Assembly (NCBI GenBank): GCA_000004985.1
Contig: GG738883.1
Reading direction: 5' to 3' (one strand)
Length of the DNA: 64,000 bases
Source of the DNA: Naegleria gruberi
Lineage: Eukaryota
Made by a program: the position numbers and the translations under genes. Positions 41,134 through 52,800 of the stretch are shown piece by piece (position 1 is the stretch's first letter; the number at the start of each line of letters is the position of its first letter). The notes under the pieces were generated by a model. It saw nothing but the letters and a program-made list of their open reading frames with translations, did no database searches and had not been told where the DNA came from.

Positions 41134-43929
41134 ATGGCTCAACGTACTATCAGTTTGGGTAAGTAATTATTGTTATTGTGTTTGAAGGTATATGAAAATC
41201 ATTCCGAACTTTAATAGGGGTTAAATTTGTTGAGGGACAACATTGGCCAAAACCAAAGAATGCTAAAACTCCTTCAAAGTATCATTTTTCGATCTGCTTG
41301 TTGAATGGAGACATTGAAAAAACTAGAGTAATAACCGATGCAGAAATGGGAGCTATCAATATTGAGAAGTCATTTGCTAACATTCCAGTGGAAGTATGTA
41401 CACTTTTCTTCAGATTGTATTTATAATAATTAAGGATCTTTTGAATTTAGTAATTAATAACTCAACAGTGGATGTTCTCCATATAAAGATGATCAAGGGA
41501 GAAGATGACAAAAATGCTGTAGAATTTGGATTTTTGGATTTCAATATTTCAGGATTATTTACTAAAAACGAGGTGGAAGTAGTTGGAAATGTCACAATTA
41601 CTGAGGAAGGAGCAACACAGGAAGAAATTCCAACTGTAAAGCTACAGTTGAGTGTAAGTGAAGCTTTACTTCCAAAAAATGAAATATTGGAGGGAAATTT
41701 GCTTAGTATCAAACTGGGTCCAATAGTAAATTTACCAAGAAGTTGGCTTCCTAAAGATGCTCAAAATATTGCAGATATTCCATTAGATTTTACTGTAATG
41801 TGTAATTTACCTATTGGATCAGGCCAAAGAACCTACTTTTTCAGAAATGGTAGAATGGTAATGAGACCATCAACGGATGATCCAGAACGGAATGAGGCAG
41901 TAGTTCAATGGCCAAAGGATAAGAAAACTTTCTTTATAGATTCAGAAGCAATGAAGGCTTTCGAGAAGTCATGCGTAAATTGTGAATGCTTGAATTTCAA
42001 GCTGTATAGAGGAATAGTAAAGGAAATGATGATGGATGGATGGGTTGACCAAAATGAAAAACGATATAGAGCTGTTTTTGGAAAAACTCTGAGAGAATTA
42101 TTAGAACCAGGTACTAAATCATCCAAACAAGATATACAGTTGGGACACGCCTCTGCAGATGAAGAATTCCCTGCTGATCCAAGGCCAAAGAGTGCAAATA
42201 AGAAAAAGAAAAAGTCAAAGGATCCAACTCCAGCTCAATTATTACCTGATGCTGATCATGATTCAAAACCTTATGTTGAAAATGGATCGGCAATATCTAT
42301 CGAAATTTCATTTGAGAAACCTCTTATTCCAAAACCTGAGGACAGAACAAGAACCAACATGAGACCTTCTGATATTATAACAAAGAGACAAAAAGTAGAG
42401 AAGAAAAAGTAAGTTTTATTCAAGAATTGATTAGAATTTCAATCTTCAATTTATACAGGGACATTGTGGAAAAATACCAAGAAGAAATATCAGGTGTTGT
42501 GGACATTCTAGTTGAAGAATATAGAGCTCTAATTGAAAGAGAGTCTAACTTTGATAAGGAACATTTTATCTTTGAACTTAACCATACAGGAAAATACTTT
42601 GCTTTCAAGGAGAGACTGAAGGCTTGTGTTGTTAATCTTGTAAAAGAAAAGTTTAGTCATGAACTCAAGTCAAAGAAGGAACACGAGGTCAAGGCGTTCT
42701 ACAATGATATCTATGTTTACTTGGTAAAACAAATGCACGTTGCTATCAACAAGATATTCAACAAGGCAAAGGAACAAGATCGTAAAGAATCACCAATACA
42801 AGAAGAAAACAAGCAAGCAGACAAGTGGAAGAGACTTGCTGATGAGGCTGAATTCGAGTTTAATTATATTGCAGCTGCTAAATATCACCAAGAGAGAATA
42901 ACTGGTACAGATGAAGAGCTTACAGCAGAAATGTGGTATGAATACGGAATTTTCAGTTTGAGAGTAAAGGATTTGACTAAGGCTGAACAATCATTCAGAG
43001 AAACTCTTTCTCGAAACATGGCTCACTTAGAGTGTTTGAGAATGTATGGTGTTTTACTGTGTATCAAAGGTCAATTGAAGGAGGCAGAAGTATTCCTTCA
43101 GTCGTCAGTTGACTTGGATAACAATAACTTTATTTCATGGGGAGTTCTTGGAATGCTCTTCTCCTTAACAGGAAATGAGAAACAGGCATCTCAATCATTT
43201 TTATATGGTGATTTAGCAATGGAAAAGTCTGGTGTAGACAAAACTCTTCCACTCAAATTAAGAGTTGCTAACTTTTTATTGGAAGTTAATGCTGATTCTC
43301 TTGCTGAAAAGTTACTTATTGATTGTACACAACACTTTGGAGAGTCTGCTGATACATTATATGCTTTTGCCAAGATGTATTCTATTAGAGAGGATTATGA
43401 TTTGGCAAATGAACAATTACAAAAGAGTCTGAAGATTGTTTACAAATCCGGAAGAACATGGGAGTTGTTGGGTATGATTCATCTAAAGCTTGGTAATGTA
43501 ACTGAGGCTGAGAAGGATCTTGAGTCAGCTCTTAGTGTCTCTACGGCCCCAACAGCTCACATGTTATTGAGACTTGCCAATATTTATTTATCATTGGAGA
43601 AGTATGAAAAATCAAAAGACACTTATTTGAATGCAGCAAACTTGTGGTCTTCTTGTACAGCATGGTTAGGAGCAGGTATTTCCTATTATCGTTTGGGTGA
43701 CTATAATTTAGCAGAGCAAGCTCTTAATGAGGCCAACATTCAAAATAACAGAAATGCTGATGTTTGGGGATATCTTTCATTGATTGCTCTTCAAAACAGA
43801 AGAGAAAAAGAAGGAGAGAAATGTTTAAGAGAGGCACTCAAACATGGTTTAAAGGCTTCTAATCCAAGTCTTATTAATGAGATTTCTGCCTCCATTTCTC
43901 AATTCAAAACACTTAAAATAAATATTTAA
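41134..43929 (+). CDS. CFAP70: Cilia- and flagella-associated protein 70 (CFAP70/TTC18) ortholog, about 881 aa; 4 exons (41134..41158, 41218..41393, 41435..42408, 42459..43929)
   Basis: [30 protein letters not shown]...FYNDIYVYLVKQMHVAINKIF matches human CFAP70 ([28 protein letters not shown]...LYVFLVDQMHVALNQT). The TPR C-terminus SCTAWLGAGISYYRLGDYNLAEQALNEANIQNNRNADVWGYLSLIAL matches [47 protein letters not shown]. Donors are GTAAGT/GTATGT; the introns are 59, 41 and 50 nt. Confidence 0.75.
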
Positions 43930-43944
43930 TCACCCATTACTTTA

Positions 43945-46267
43945 TTAACTCAATTGGTGATCATTTAGAATATCTTCACAAAATATAAGTTGGTGGATCA
44001 GTGGAATGTATCCTTGTTTTTGTCCAATAACAAGTGATACTTGTGAATCAATAATTCCTTCATTTAGGTCTTCTCTTCTCAATAGCTTGTAAACTCTCAA
44101 TAAGATGTCATCTCCAAGCGATTCCTCCAAATACTTTCTTAACGCTTCTATTCTAAAGTTGAGAGAATCATTGTCCTTTGTCCCTTCTAACATTAAAGTT
44201 TTACCCATAATCTTGAACTTGTTTGGGAGTGCTGGTGATTCCTCCTCTTGTTCGTTTTCACTTGTAAAAATGTCATCGTCATCATTTCTTGACAAATTCT
44301 TAATATCTCCAACTACGTTTTTCATTGTTTTTAGAATTGAATTGTTCAAATTTCCTCCTGATTTTTGATTATATTGATTTTGGTGATCTTGAATTAAAAT
44401 ATTTGATCTATACCCATTATTGTTATTGTCATCTTGCTTTGGGATGACATTGTTTGCTTTCATTTTTGATAACCTTTCTTGCCTCCTCCTCTCCTCTGCA
44501 TATACTTGTTTTTCAGCTACTGAATCATCTATGGGACGCCCTGATTTTGGGGGCTGTGAAGAATCTGTCCCATCATACAATTGAGATTCCACTCGCCTAC
44601 GATTCATTTCAGCTTGCTTTCTCATTTCCCAGTATTGTTGCTTTCTGAACTCGGCTAATTTTTCTTCCTCCTTTTTTTTAATATCCTCCTCTCTCCTCCT
44701 TCCATCGTCTTTCGGAACAGCACTTGGTAGAGGTCTATTGCTTCCAATGTCTTTACTTAAAATAGAGTACTTGTCTTCCTCTTGCTTTACTCTCATTTTG
44801 TTCCTCAGAGCATTTACTCTGCAGAAATTCAACACAAAATTGGTCCTTAAGAACTTACCTTGCTTCTTCATAGATTGACTTTCTTTCTCGTTCTAACTTT
44901 TCTTCGGCATACTGCTTTTGCCTTAGCTCGTATTCTCTTTTTCTGTCGGCAATGTCTTTCATTCTCTGCTCTTCCTCAAACATTTTTTGTTCCTTCTCTT
45001 TTTGTAATTTTAAAAGTCTTTCCTTTTCTCTTTCTCTCTGCTCTTGGAGTTGTTTCCTCCTCTTCTCTTCCATCATCTTATCATTGATGAAACTTGCCTT
45101 TGGAGCGACTGAGGGTGTCACCAATTTAGGTGTTGGCTTTACAATATCTCTCTCGTATTTCGCAAGGACTGGAGCATTATTATTGTTATTGGAAATTAGA
45201 GGCATTCCTCCAACATTAGAGAACTTTCTATTATCCTTAAACGCAGAAGGTGGTACTTTAACTTCTGGGACTGGACTAGAAACTCCGCTTGGACTCTTTT
45301 CTTGTACTTTTTCTCCACTTGTTTCAGGCTCTCCTTTTGATAACAAGAATTCCATTCTCTTTTGAATGAATGGTATTTTCAAAACAGAGTTTATACTTGG
45401 CCTGTCTCTAGGATCCTTTTGTAACATTTTGCCAATCATATCCCTTAGATCAGACGAGTAAGTTGAACTAATTGGGGGATAGGTTCCTCTCAGAATTTTT
45501 CCAACCAGAGCTTTCATGTTATTAGCCTCAAAGGCATGTTTCAACGTCACCAATTCGTATAGAATGCACCCTAAAGACCATACATCGGATTTGTTGTTAT
45601 ATCTATTATTATGTTTAGCACATTTGTAATAAGCAGAAACTTACGGTTTTTCTTGACAAATTTCAGGTGACAAGTAGTAAGGAGTACCAACAAGGGTCTT
45701 GGCACATTCCATTGTCGATTGCAACACTTTGCTGATACCAAAATCTCCCAATTTCAAAGTTCCATCTTGTGCAATAAATATATTTTGTGTCTATGAAAGA
45801 GTTATCATGAAATGAAATAATTGGTGCATACCTTCAAGTCTCTGTGTAAAATTCTTCGGTCGTGAATATATTTTACAGCCATTGATATCTGTATGAACCA
45901 ATCCACAAGTTTTTCCTCTGGAAATAATTTTGATTTTTGTTGTTTAATCTTTTCATATAAATCTCCTTGACTCGCATATTCCATAACTATATTCAATTTT
46001 CCTCCATCCTGAAATGAATCAACATATTTTACAATATTGGGATGTTGAAGAGAACTTAATACTTTCACTTCATTAAGTGCTTCCTTTCTTTCCTTCTCCG
46101 GTATTCCTGATATTTCTATTTGTTTGATTATATACATGTTATTGTCAATTTTTGACTGAACAAGCACAGCTTGTCCGAAGGTTCCTTTTCCCACAACCTA
46201 TAACAGACTTGTTCAAATATTTCATCTTGAAATTACTCCTTACCTTGACCTTCTTGTAGTTTTGCAT
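43945..46267 (-). CDS. NIMA-related (NEK) serine/threonine kinase with long charged coiled-coil C-terminal region, about 717 aa; 5 exons (46267..46244, 46197..45832, 45790..45645, 45602..44859, 44818..43945)
   Basis: MQNYKKVK|[16 protein letters not shown]...[11 protein letters not shown]...HRDLK|[23 protein letters not shown]...[15 protein letters not shown]|[26 protein letters not shown] are NEK hallmark segments. Four introns of 40-46 nt have GTAAGG/GTATGC/GTAAGT donors. Confidence 0.75.
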
Positions 46268-46444
46268 TTTTTTTGGGTTAATCAAAAACTTGGCTGTAGA
46301 TTTTTGATAACCGTTACATGCCGTTTTTGTTCGTATTCCCGCCTTTTTATTAATAATAAATAGAACAGTTTTGAACATTAAGTGTTGAGTCAATGTAAAG
46401 TAGCTGTTTGAAAATTTTTATATATTATGATACAATTAAGGTTT

Positions 46445-48614
46445 TCATTCTTTAAGCATGCATGAATTGGTTTTCAAGTGGAAATCCCATTGCTTTTCAG
46501 TTCTGGTAATTGCATTGCCCAAAATTGTTTTAGTTTGAGTTTGAAGTGCTGCAATATACTTGTCCTTAACTTCCTTCTCGGAGGTGTTGGCATTTGCCTT
46601 CTTTGCTGCTTCTGAGCTGATCATTGATTCATCTAAAAAGCCAGCTGTATCAAGGAACTCAGTCATTGCTCCCATTAATTGATCGTACATAATGGATCTT
46701 CTAATCTTGGTTTCAAGTTTGGCAGTTTCTCTTTCAATATATTCAACCTGTTCCTTATCTAAAACTCTCATTAATTCTAACAAGACCACGAGGAGAGTGT
46801 GTCTCTTCTCATCCTCTGTAATTTGTTGCACAAGTGCCCTCAATGAGAAGAGAGAATAATCCCAAACAGTATTCGATTGTTGTAAAATGGTTGCTGCGTT
46901 TGTGTACAAACAATGGAAAGCATGTAGTAAATCTTCAGAAATGGAGAATGTTGTTACTTCATGATACAAGTGCTTGTTTCTTTCCACAAACTTTTCTCTC
47001 AGTAGATCAACCTTTATCTTTCTCATTTCGTCTCTATTGTCTTTTGGTGGGGCTGGTTCAGGTAAGTTATCAATCACTCTTTCTACTATATCATGCATTA
47101 CAATGTAAACTCCATTCTCCTCCTCCTTCTCTACAAAAGGTTCCAAATCCTGTTGTTCCTCTGAAATTACTACTCCTTTCAATTTTACCTCATCACAATC
47201 ACAATAAGCCTTTGGAATAGTTTCCAATTTAAATCCATCAGTAAAAATTCCTTCCATATCAGACTCGAATGAAAAGACAAACTTTTTGGTTTTTTGAGGA
47301 AGCAATATTCCCTTTCCTTCTGTAGAAAGCATAAATTTGGATTCAGCCCTCTTCTTTTGAAGTGATGTAATTGGCTCAACCTTAACCCATTTGTATTGGA
47401 TTGAGCAGCATCCTGTATTTTCAAGAACAACCTCCTTTTGAACCAATTCTCCTGGAATGGCATCAAAAAGAATATCATTTTCCGATAATTGAAAAGCAGG
47501 AGCTTCCATCTCTTCTTTTGCTTCCTCTTCCTTAATTTCGTATGGAAGATGAGAAGCAGAATATGTTTCCTCTTCGTCATATGTATTGTACTTTTCCTCA
47601 ATCTTTTGACCAATAACCTTCAGTTCTTCAATAAGAGAAGAGGGATCATGGGTTAGTTCCTTAGCTAATAGTTTTCCATATTTCTTTCTGAAATAGATTT
47701 AGAAATTTCGATTCAACCAGGGTACTTACTTTACATAGTCTGATTTCATTGACCTAATTCCCAAAGGTGTGTTATCCCTAATTAAACGTTCCAGTACATC
47801 TCAAAAACAATAGACAACTTACTCTGCAATAAATCTATCAGGATTTCTCACAGTAGCTGGCTTTCTAATTTTTTTCTCAATAATAGGACAAAACAAAGGA
47901 TATGGATAATTTCCAATTTTAACATATCTCACTCCATCGTCCTCAGGTACATCTACAATAACTTAAGTAAATGAAAAACATTAATACTAACTTCTAAGAG
48001 ATAATTCCCAACTCCATTCGTTGTGACGTTTTTCTACTGGAATGGAAGCTTCCAAAATATCTATTTCCTCTCTTTTTGCTCTGAATGCATCTTGACTTTC
48101 CATCACCAAAGAAGTTTTTGGCTATTATCCTCAATAAAACATTCAATCCCCAACCTACCTTTCCTGTTTTATTTGCCAACCGTTCTCCAATATCCCCCCA
48201 AGTTTGCAAATATTCTTCATACTTTCTGAGGGCCTTCTCTTGCATAAATTGTCTTCCTACTGCCTTATCGTCATGAATTGTTTTTTCCAACTTTTCCGAA
48301 AATTTTGGTTTTGTATTTCTAGAACTTTCCAAATTTTGCTTCATTCTCTTAAACGATTCATTATTAGCCTCCACATTTGAACACAATGATCCAGAACTCT
48401 GCAGTGTTGATTGAAGTTGTGATCGACTCATTGCAGTCATGTACTGATCCAATGATCCTAAAATTTCAATCTCCGATTTTGGAAGACGAGAAGCATCAAA
48501 TAAATTCGGAACCATACTAGGCTCCATTCCTGGTTCAACATTAGATAAATTCATCTCCATTGGAACCTCAACCCTTGGAGGTAATTGAGGAGCAGACTCT
48601 GGTTGTGGTGTCAT
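46445..48614 (-). CDS. ASH (MSP-like) domain protein, possibly MYCBP-associated protein (MYCBPAP/AMAP-1)-like, about 668 aa; 5 exons (48614..48159, 48121..47992, 47952..47823, 47777..47730, 47687..46445)
   Basis: Track ORFs 47994..48614 and 46445..47509 are linked through three micro-exons by introns of 37-45 nt (donors GTAGGT, GTTAGT, GTAAGT x2). The ASH-type beta-sandwich signature is FQLSENDILFDAIPGELVQKEVVLENTGCCSIQYKWVKVEP. The family call is tentative. Confidence 0.45.
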
Positions 48615-48736
48615 TTTTTTAAATGAAAAACACTGTAAATTTTTAATAAGAAATTGAGTTGTAATGATGTATTATAATAAACACAATAGAAATTCTTATT
48701 AAAAAGTTTAATAATTTGTATGTACAATTTTAAGGC

Positions 48737-49744
48737 TTAGATTGTAATGACAAGTCTTTTACCTGGGTCAATATTTTCTTGCCATGCTGCAGCAACATTT
48801 TCCAAAGGCTCAACATGAGTTTCAATCTTGAGCTTTCCCTCAGCAACCCATTTGAATGTTTGAGGAAGAATTGAAGAGAAGAATTCCTTCATTCCACTTT
48901 CAGAAATACTGCCCAATCCACTTCCAAGTATTTCAATTGCTGTTGAACGTAATAAACTTGAAGGAATTGCAACATTTTCGCCTGCCATTGATCCAACTGT
49001 TACTACCTTAACTGGGTGAGAGAATCCGTGAAGATTTCCTGAACCTTTCAATGATTTGAAAATTAATTCAATTGGATGACCCCACAAGTAATCAATGACA
49101 ATATCAATTGGTGTCTCTTGATGAATTTGAGAGATTTGCTTGGTAATTTCTTCATCTGATTCTCCAAGAGAAATTACTTGATCAACTCCATATTCATTCT
49201 TTAAAATCTTTAAAGACTCTTGATTTCTACCTGTTGCAATTACCTTACTAGCTCCGTATAACTTTGCCAATTGAACTGCAACTCTTCCAGTAACTCCAGT
49301 AGCCCCATTCACCAAAACTACTTGACCACTCTTCAAGTGTGCCCTATCTGTCAATGCCAAACTTGCACCCATCACAGCATTTGGTAAAGCAGCAGCAGAA
49401 ACATCATCAATTTCATCAGGGAGAGGCACAACCTTACTCTTATCAACAATGGCCTTCTCTGCAATCATACCACTGATGCCAAATGCATAGACTCTCTGAT
49501 TAGTTGTCTCCAAATGTCCAACACCATCCACTCCAACAACTGTAGGCAATTCTGAATAATTGGTATAATGTTTGCCAGATGCTCTTATCTTATCTAAATT
49601 CTTAACAGAAGCTGCCTTGACAGAAATCACAACATGTTGATCCACATTCAATAGTTTCGGAAGAGGAAAATCCTTTTCAAATATTGGTACATCGCCGAGT
49701 TTATGTAAAACTGCTGCTCTCATTTTTTTGATTGTTGTTTTCAT
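48737..49744 (-). CDS. Medium-chain dehydrogenase/reductase (quinone oxidoreductase-like, NAD(P)H-dependent), 335 aa
   Basis: Rossmann motif VLVNGATGVTGRVAVQLAKLYGASKVIATGR. An N-terminal GroES-like region is present (AAVLHKLGDVPIFEKDFPLP). Confidence 0.7.
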   Translation of the reverse strand: MKTTIKKMRAAVLHKLGDVPIFEKDFPLPKLLNVDQHVVISVKAASVKNLDKIRASGKHYTNYSELPTVVGVDGVGHLETTNQRVYAFGISGMIAEKAIVDKSKVVPLPDEIDDVSAAALPNAVMGASLALTDRAHLKSGQVVLVNGATGVTGRVAVQLAKLYGASKVIATGRNQESLKILKNEYGVDQVISLGESDEEITKQISQIHQETPIDIVIDYLWGHPIELIFKSLKGSGNLHGFSHPVKVVTVGSMAGENVAIPSSLLRSTAIEILGSGLGSISESGMKEFFSSILPQTFKWVAEGKLKIETHVEPLENVAAAWQENIDPGKRLVITI

Positions 49745-49899
49745 ATTATTGGAACGAATACGTATTTGTCAATAGTAGTTTAAATAGTATTTACAATTTG
49801 TCCACTGCGCACCAATAGGGTGCACTATTAGTGAATCCTGTCTAATGGATTGTAGCGATGATGCAAGAAAGAGCTAAAGCAGTCAATTAAACAACAACT

Positions 49900-52800
49900 T
49901 TATGAATAAACTTTTAGTTTGCCTGTATCAGTAGAAACAAGCAGTAATTTGTGAAGAGGTAAATATTTAACGTCAGTGTAGTTTCCATTATTGGAATCGC
50001 TTGAAATATTGTTAAATGCTTGCCCTTCACAATATAAAACCTCTCTATTGTCTGAATCGATTGGAATTTCTCTCTTCTTTTTAGAAAGCTTTCTTTGTTT
50101 GTTCTTGAAGTCGTTCGAGGATTTAGAGTTCAATCTGTCAATTACATTTCTTGTAGAAACAAAACTGGAAGATTTACAGTAGAGAATTCTATCAGGTTGC
50201 AATGCAAATAATTGATCACATTCTGGTCTACTATAAAAATCGAACGAAATGATTGGAGCATTCGAAACTAAATCTTGATTGGTATTGTTGGAAACCTGGA
50301 ATGCCTTGATACACTTGGATGGTACAGAGTTTCTTGTATCCCAAACACGAATTAAGTCATTCTTATAGTCAGCTGCATCTTCTACTGGTCCTGTAATTGT
50401 GGAGGGGCTATTATCAAATGAAACAGTCTTACGGCAGCATGTGATAAAGTGTCCAGGTTTGGTTCCATCGTATGGCAATATTTTAGTAAGCTCTCCATTT
50501 TCGTGTGAACAGAATGAATCCAAAATCAATCCACTATGTTGTTCCATTAAAAATATCACGCCATTAGATAGTCCAATAGTTAAAAAGTTATCTCTTGGAT
50601 GACACTTGGAAATGCATTTGATGTTATGTTCTCCAATCACAGCAGAAGAGGTTGATGACATCATGTTTGGTACATAATTTGATGATTGGGATGTGAATAA
50701 CTTCCACTCAAAGGCACAAGACTTGGAAGGTTGTCTTAGATCATAAAATTGCACATTAGGAACAGACGAATAACTACTAGCCACAAGAATGTTAGGATTA
50801 TTTGTCAATGTTTCAAAAGTAATGAAATTCATAGTACCATTCAATTCTTGATTAATAGATGGAGATCCTGCACCAACAGTATACAAATATTTAGTTGTCT
50901 CAACATCAAATAAGTGAATATTTCCTCCACTATCCTTACACAGAAACTTGTTATCTGAAATGAACTTTACCTTGTCAACTTGAGATCTAAATAATTGCTT
51001 GTTAGTAGTTCCAGTATTTTGATAGCACAAATAGGTGCTCTCCATAGAAGAAGATTCCAAATTCCACAAACGTACAACAGGATTTGAGTGATGTCGCAAT
51101 AAACCTCCACCAGTTAATATAATTCTCTCATCTGATGGACAAACATCAATACATCTAAGTGATAAGTCATTAAATTTCAAATCTGAAAGCTCATACTCCA
51201 AAATTCCCTTAAATTTAACATCAGAAGTTTCTCTATCAAAACTATTGAATGCAAATGATTTTTCAAATATTTTTCCACTTGATAGTTGGTTATGAATGTA
51301 CCAAGAATTCTTTTCTGAGGTAACCTTTTTTGCTTTGGAGTATTGAATTTTAGGCTCCTTTGACTTGAGCTCATCTGCATCATTCTCTGAAAAATCAACA
51401 GTATCTTTTGTAAGACTGTCTTCGAGCATCTTACTATTCAATACAGCCTCTCTCATTGTAGAATTTCCAAAAACGCAACAGAGCTCTCTATACAAGGTGC
51501 AACCCATCTTGAAATGTCTATTATTTTTGAATCCACAATTTTCATCGTCATTACTCTCCTTGGTAGATTCATCCTCGACGGGACTATCATTGGTCGAAAT
51601 ATCCAAATTCTTATCATCAGATGCTGTAGAATCTCCACGTTTGAATCTCTCAAAGAATGATCGAATACCCTTTTTCTTTGTAACCTCATTATTTGTAGAA
51701 TTAGCTTGAATGGTCTGGGCCTGAATCGCTTCTTCATCAACTAAATCGCTGGCTAATGGTTGGCTATTTACTATAGGATTCTTGGAAAGATTTGCAAAAG
51801 ATGGTGCCACAGCAAGTTGTTGTGAAAAGTATCCATCCAAGTAAACGGCAGAGCACAAGATTTTTCTAAATGTAGATTTAGAGTTTTGGAATATTTGAAT
51901 TCTAACTTTAAGGTCACAAATATGGAAGAGTCTACACAAAAAGTGAGTAATTCTCTCAAAAATGTCCAAAATGTAAACAAATTGATTATTGGAATCATCA
52001 TTTTGAATAGCTAAATTATAGGTTGCCTCCATAATATTATTAATCAAGACTTGATTTGTTTGTAAAATATTATTCACAACAAGAGTTTGATTTGTGGTTC
52101 TTTCGAGAATATTCTCTAACAAGTCAATAATATTAGTTGCATTCCTCTTTAAATTTTCAAGATTTGTTATAGAACTAGAGGTTAGATCGTATGTCTTGAT
52201 TTCTTGTAAAATGATAGAAAAGAATTTAGATGCATAGTAACTAACAATTGTTCCATATCCCAAATTGGAGCTCAAATTATTCAATAGTAAAAAGATACTC
52301 TCATCGAATTGATAATGTCTAATCTTTTTTCTCAGTTTGAATAGTAATGGATCCAAAATGTATTGTATCGAAACAATAATTCCAAAATCGTTACATAATT
52401 TACACAGTGTAGCACATATCTTTTTGGAAATTTCTGGAAACTTGACACAATTAGTGAATAATCCTTCAATAAAGAATGGTAATAATTGTTCTAAGAATAA
52501 ACGCTTTTGATCCTTAGTTGTTGGATTAGTGATACCCTCAGAGTATGTGGTTGATGATGTTTGAGAAGCCTTACTATAAGGTTTGTGTGTAACATCAGAC
52601 AATATTACATTATAAATTAATGAAGAAAATGAATATGAATACAAGTTGAGAGGTAGTAACAACAAGTCTGATCTTTCTGGAATGGTATTGTTTGGTGATG
52701 AAGATTCATTATCTGAGGAAGATGTGCTATTTAAAATGGACTCTACTCTTTCATTTTCCATATACAATTGATAGAGTCTCAATTTAAGTATCTTTTTGGC

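Noticed and set aside
47185-47613. Minus-strand 142-aa ORF overlapping the start of the large ASH-domain exon
   Set aside because: It is in a different frame from the well-supported exon 47687..46445 and is a highly basic low-complexity translation. The region is explained by the spliced five-exon model.
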